Origin: Candidatus Kapaibacterium sp.
Lineage (GTDB): Bacteria > Bacteroidota > Ignavibacteria > Kapaibacteriales > UBA2268
Length of the DNA stretch: 64,000 nucleotides
Direction: 5' to 3'
Assembly (NCBI GenBank): GCA_028376765.1
Contig: JAONBD010000001.1
Location: 17,715-81,714 of the forward strand
Shown here: positions 63,537 through 64,000 of the stretch, one piece after another
Numbering within the stretch: the first letter of the stretch is position 1
Layout: the number at the start of each line of letters is the position of its first letter
The notes under the pieces: model-generated
The model's database searches: none
What the model was told of the DNA's origin: nothing
The model's input: only the letters and a program-made list of their open reading frames with translations
Position numbers and translations under genes: made by a program

Positions 63537-64000
63537 ACCCCTAATAATATGTGTTGATGATGAAAAAATTATTCTGGATAGTTTAAAGCTTGAATTGAGT
63601 AGTACTTTTAGAGATTTAGTTGAAATTGAAGTTGCTGAATCTGCCGATGAAGCTCTTGAAATAATTGAAGAAGAAACAGAAAATGGTAGAGAAATCCCAA
63701 TTATTATTTCGGATTATGTTATGCCAGGTATGAAAGGCGACGAATTTCTAATAAACTGTTCTAAAACTCTTCCCAAGACAAAAAGAATTTTACTAACTGG
63801 ACAGGCAACAGCCGAAGGTGTTGGTAATGCGGTTATAAATGCTGGTTTGTATCGCTTTATTTCCAAACCTTGGGAAAAAGAGGATTTAGAACTAACTATC
63901 TCTGAAGCTTTTAGAAGTTTTTACAAAGATAAAAAAATTGCTCTTCAAGAATCAAAGCTAGAAGAACTAAATAGAATTTTGCAGGTAAAAATAGCCGAAC
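63529..64000 (+). CDS. Response regulator (REC domain followed by a coiled-coil); 3'-partial, runs off window end
   Basis: ATG at 63529 overlapping the upstream stop (ATGAATAA). REC motifs CVDDE...ISDYVMPGMKG...K. Open to position 64000. Confidence 0.7.
   Translation, partial: MNKPLIICVDDEKIILDSLKLELSSTFRDLVEIEVAESADEALEIIEEETENGREIPIIISDYVMPGMKGDEFLINCSKTLPKTKRILLTGQATAEGVGNAVINAGLYRFISKPWEKEDLELTISEAFRSFYKDKKIALQESKLEELNRILQVKIAE

Overview
This is an AT-rich (roughly one-third GC) chromosomal window that most likely comes from a Bacteroidota/FCB-group bacterium. The taxonomic inference rests on several Por/T9SS C-terminal sorting domains, a TAnnTTTG-type promoter and a DUF4295-like small gene next to ribosomal protein genes. 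Most of the window is core metabolism and housekeeping: fused 2-oxoacid dehydrogenase E1 alpha/beta, Tdh and Kbl, NuoC, ABC-F, MetF fusion, AsnB, L31/S18, ClpXP, PurM, KdsD, LigA, SMC, Dut.

The left end (1-5.5 kb) looks accessory. It carries a retropepsin-like lipoprotein, two T9SS-sorted secreted proteins and a tyrosine recombinase.

Five things stand out:
1. Two roughly 200-320 bp composite repeat regions at 5.6-5.9 kb and 53.5-53.7 kb are inverted copies of each other, 47.6 kb apart. Each combines tandem GTGTTACCA decamers with an approximately 90-nt near-perfect palindromic hairpin element. The left copy lies directly downstream of the tyrosine recombinase gene.
2. A 2536-aa T9SS-sorted giant multi-LamG surface protein.
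3. A translationally coupled four-gene signalling module at 54-64 kb. It has a 2336-aa cytoplasmic multi-PAS/GAF unorthodox hybrid histidine kinase with an HPt domain, then REC-PP2C, REC-HisKA and a further REC protein. The REC domains of the second and third genes are recent near-identical duplicates.
4. A GT2 glycosyltransferase split by a frameshift exactly at an A7 homopolymer.
5. An orphan nuoC.

No rRNA, tRNA or CRISPR was found.
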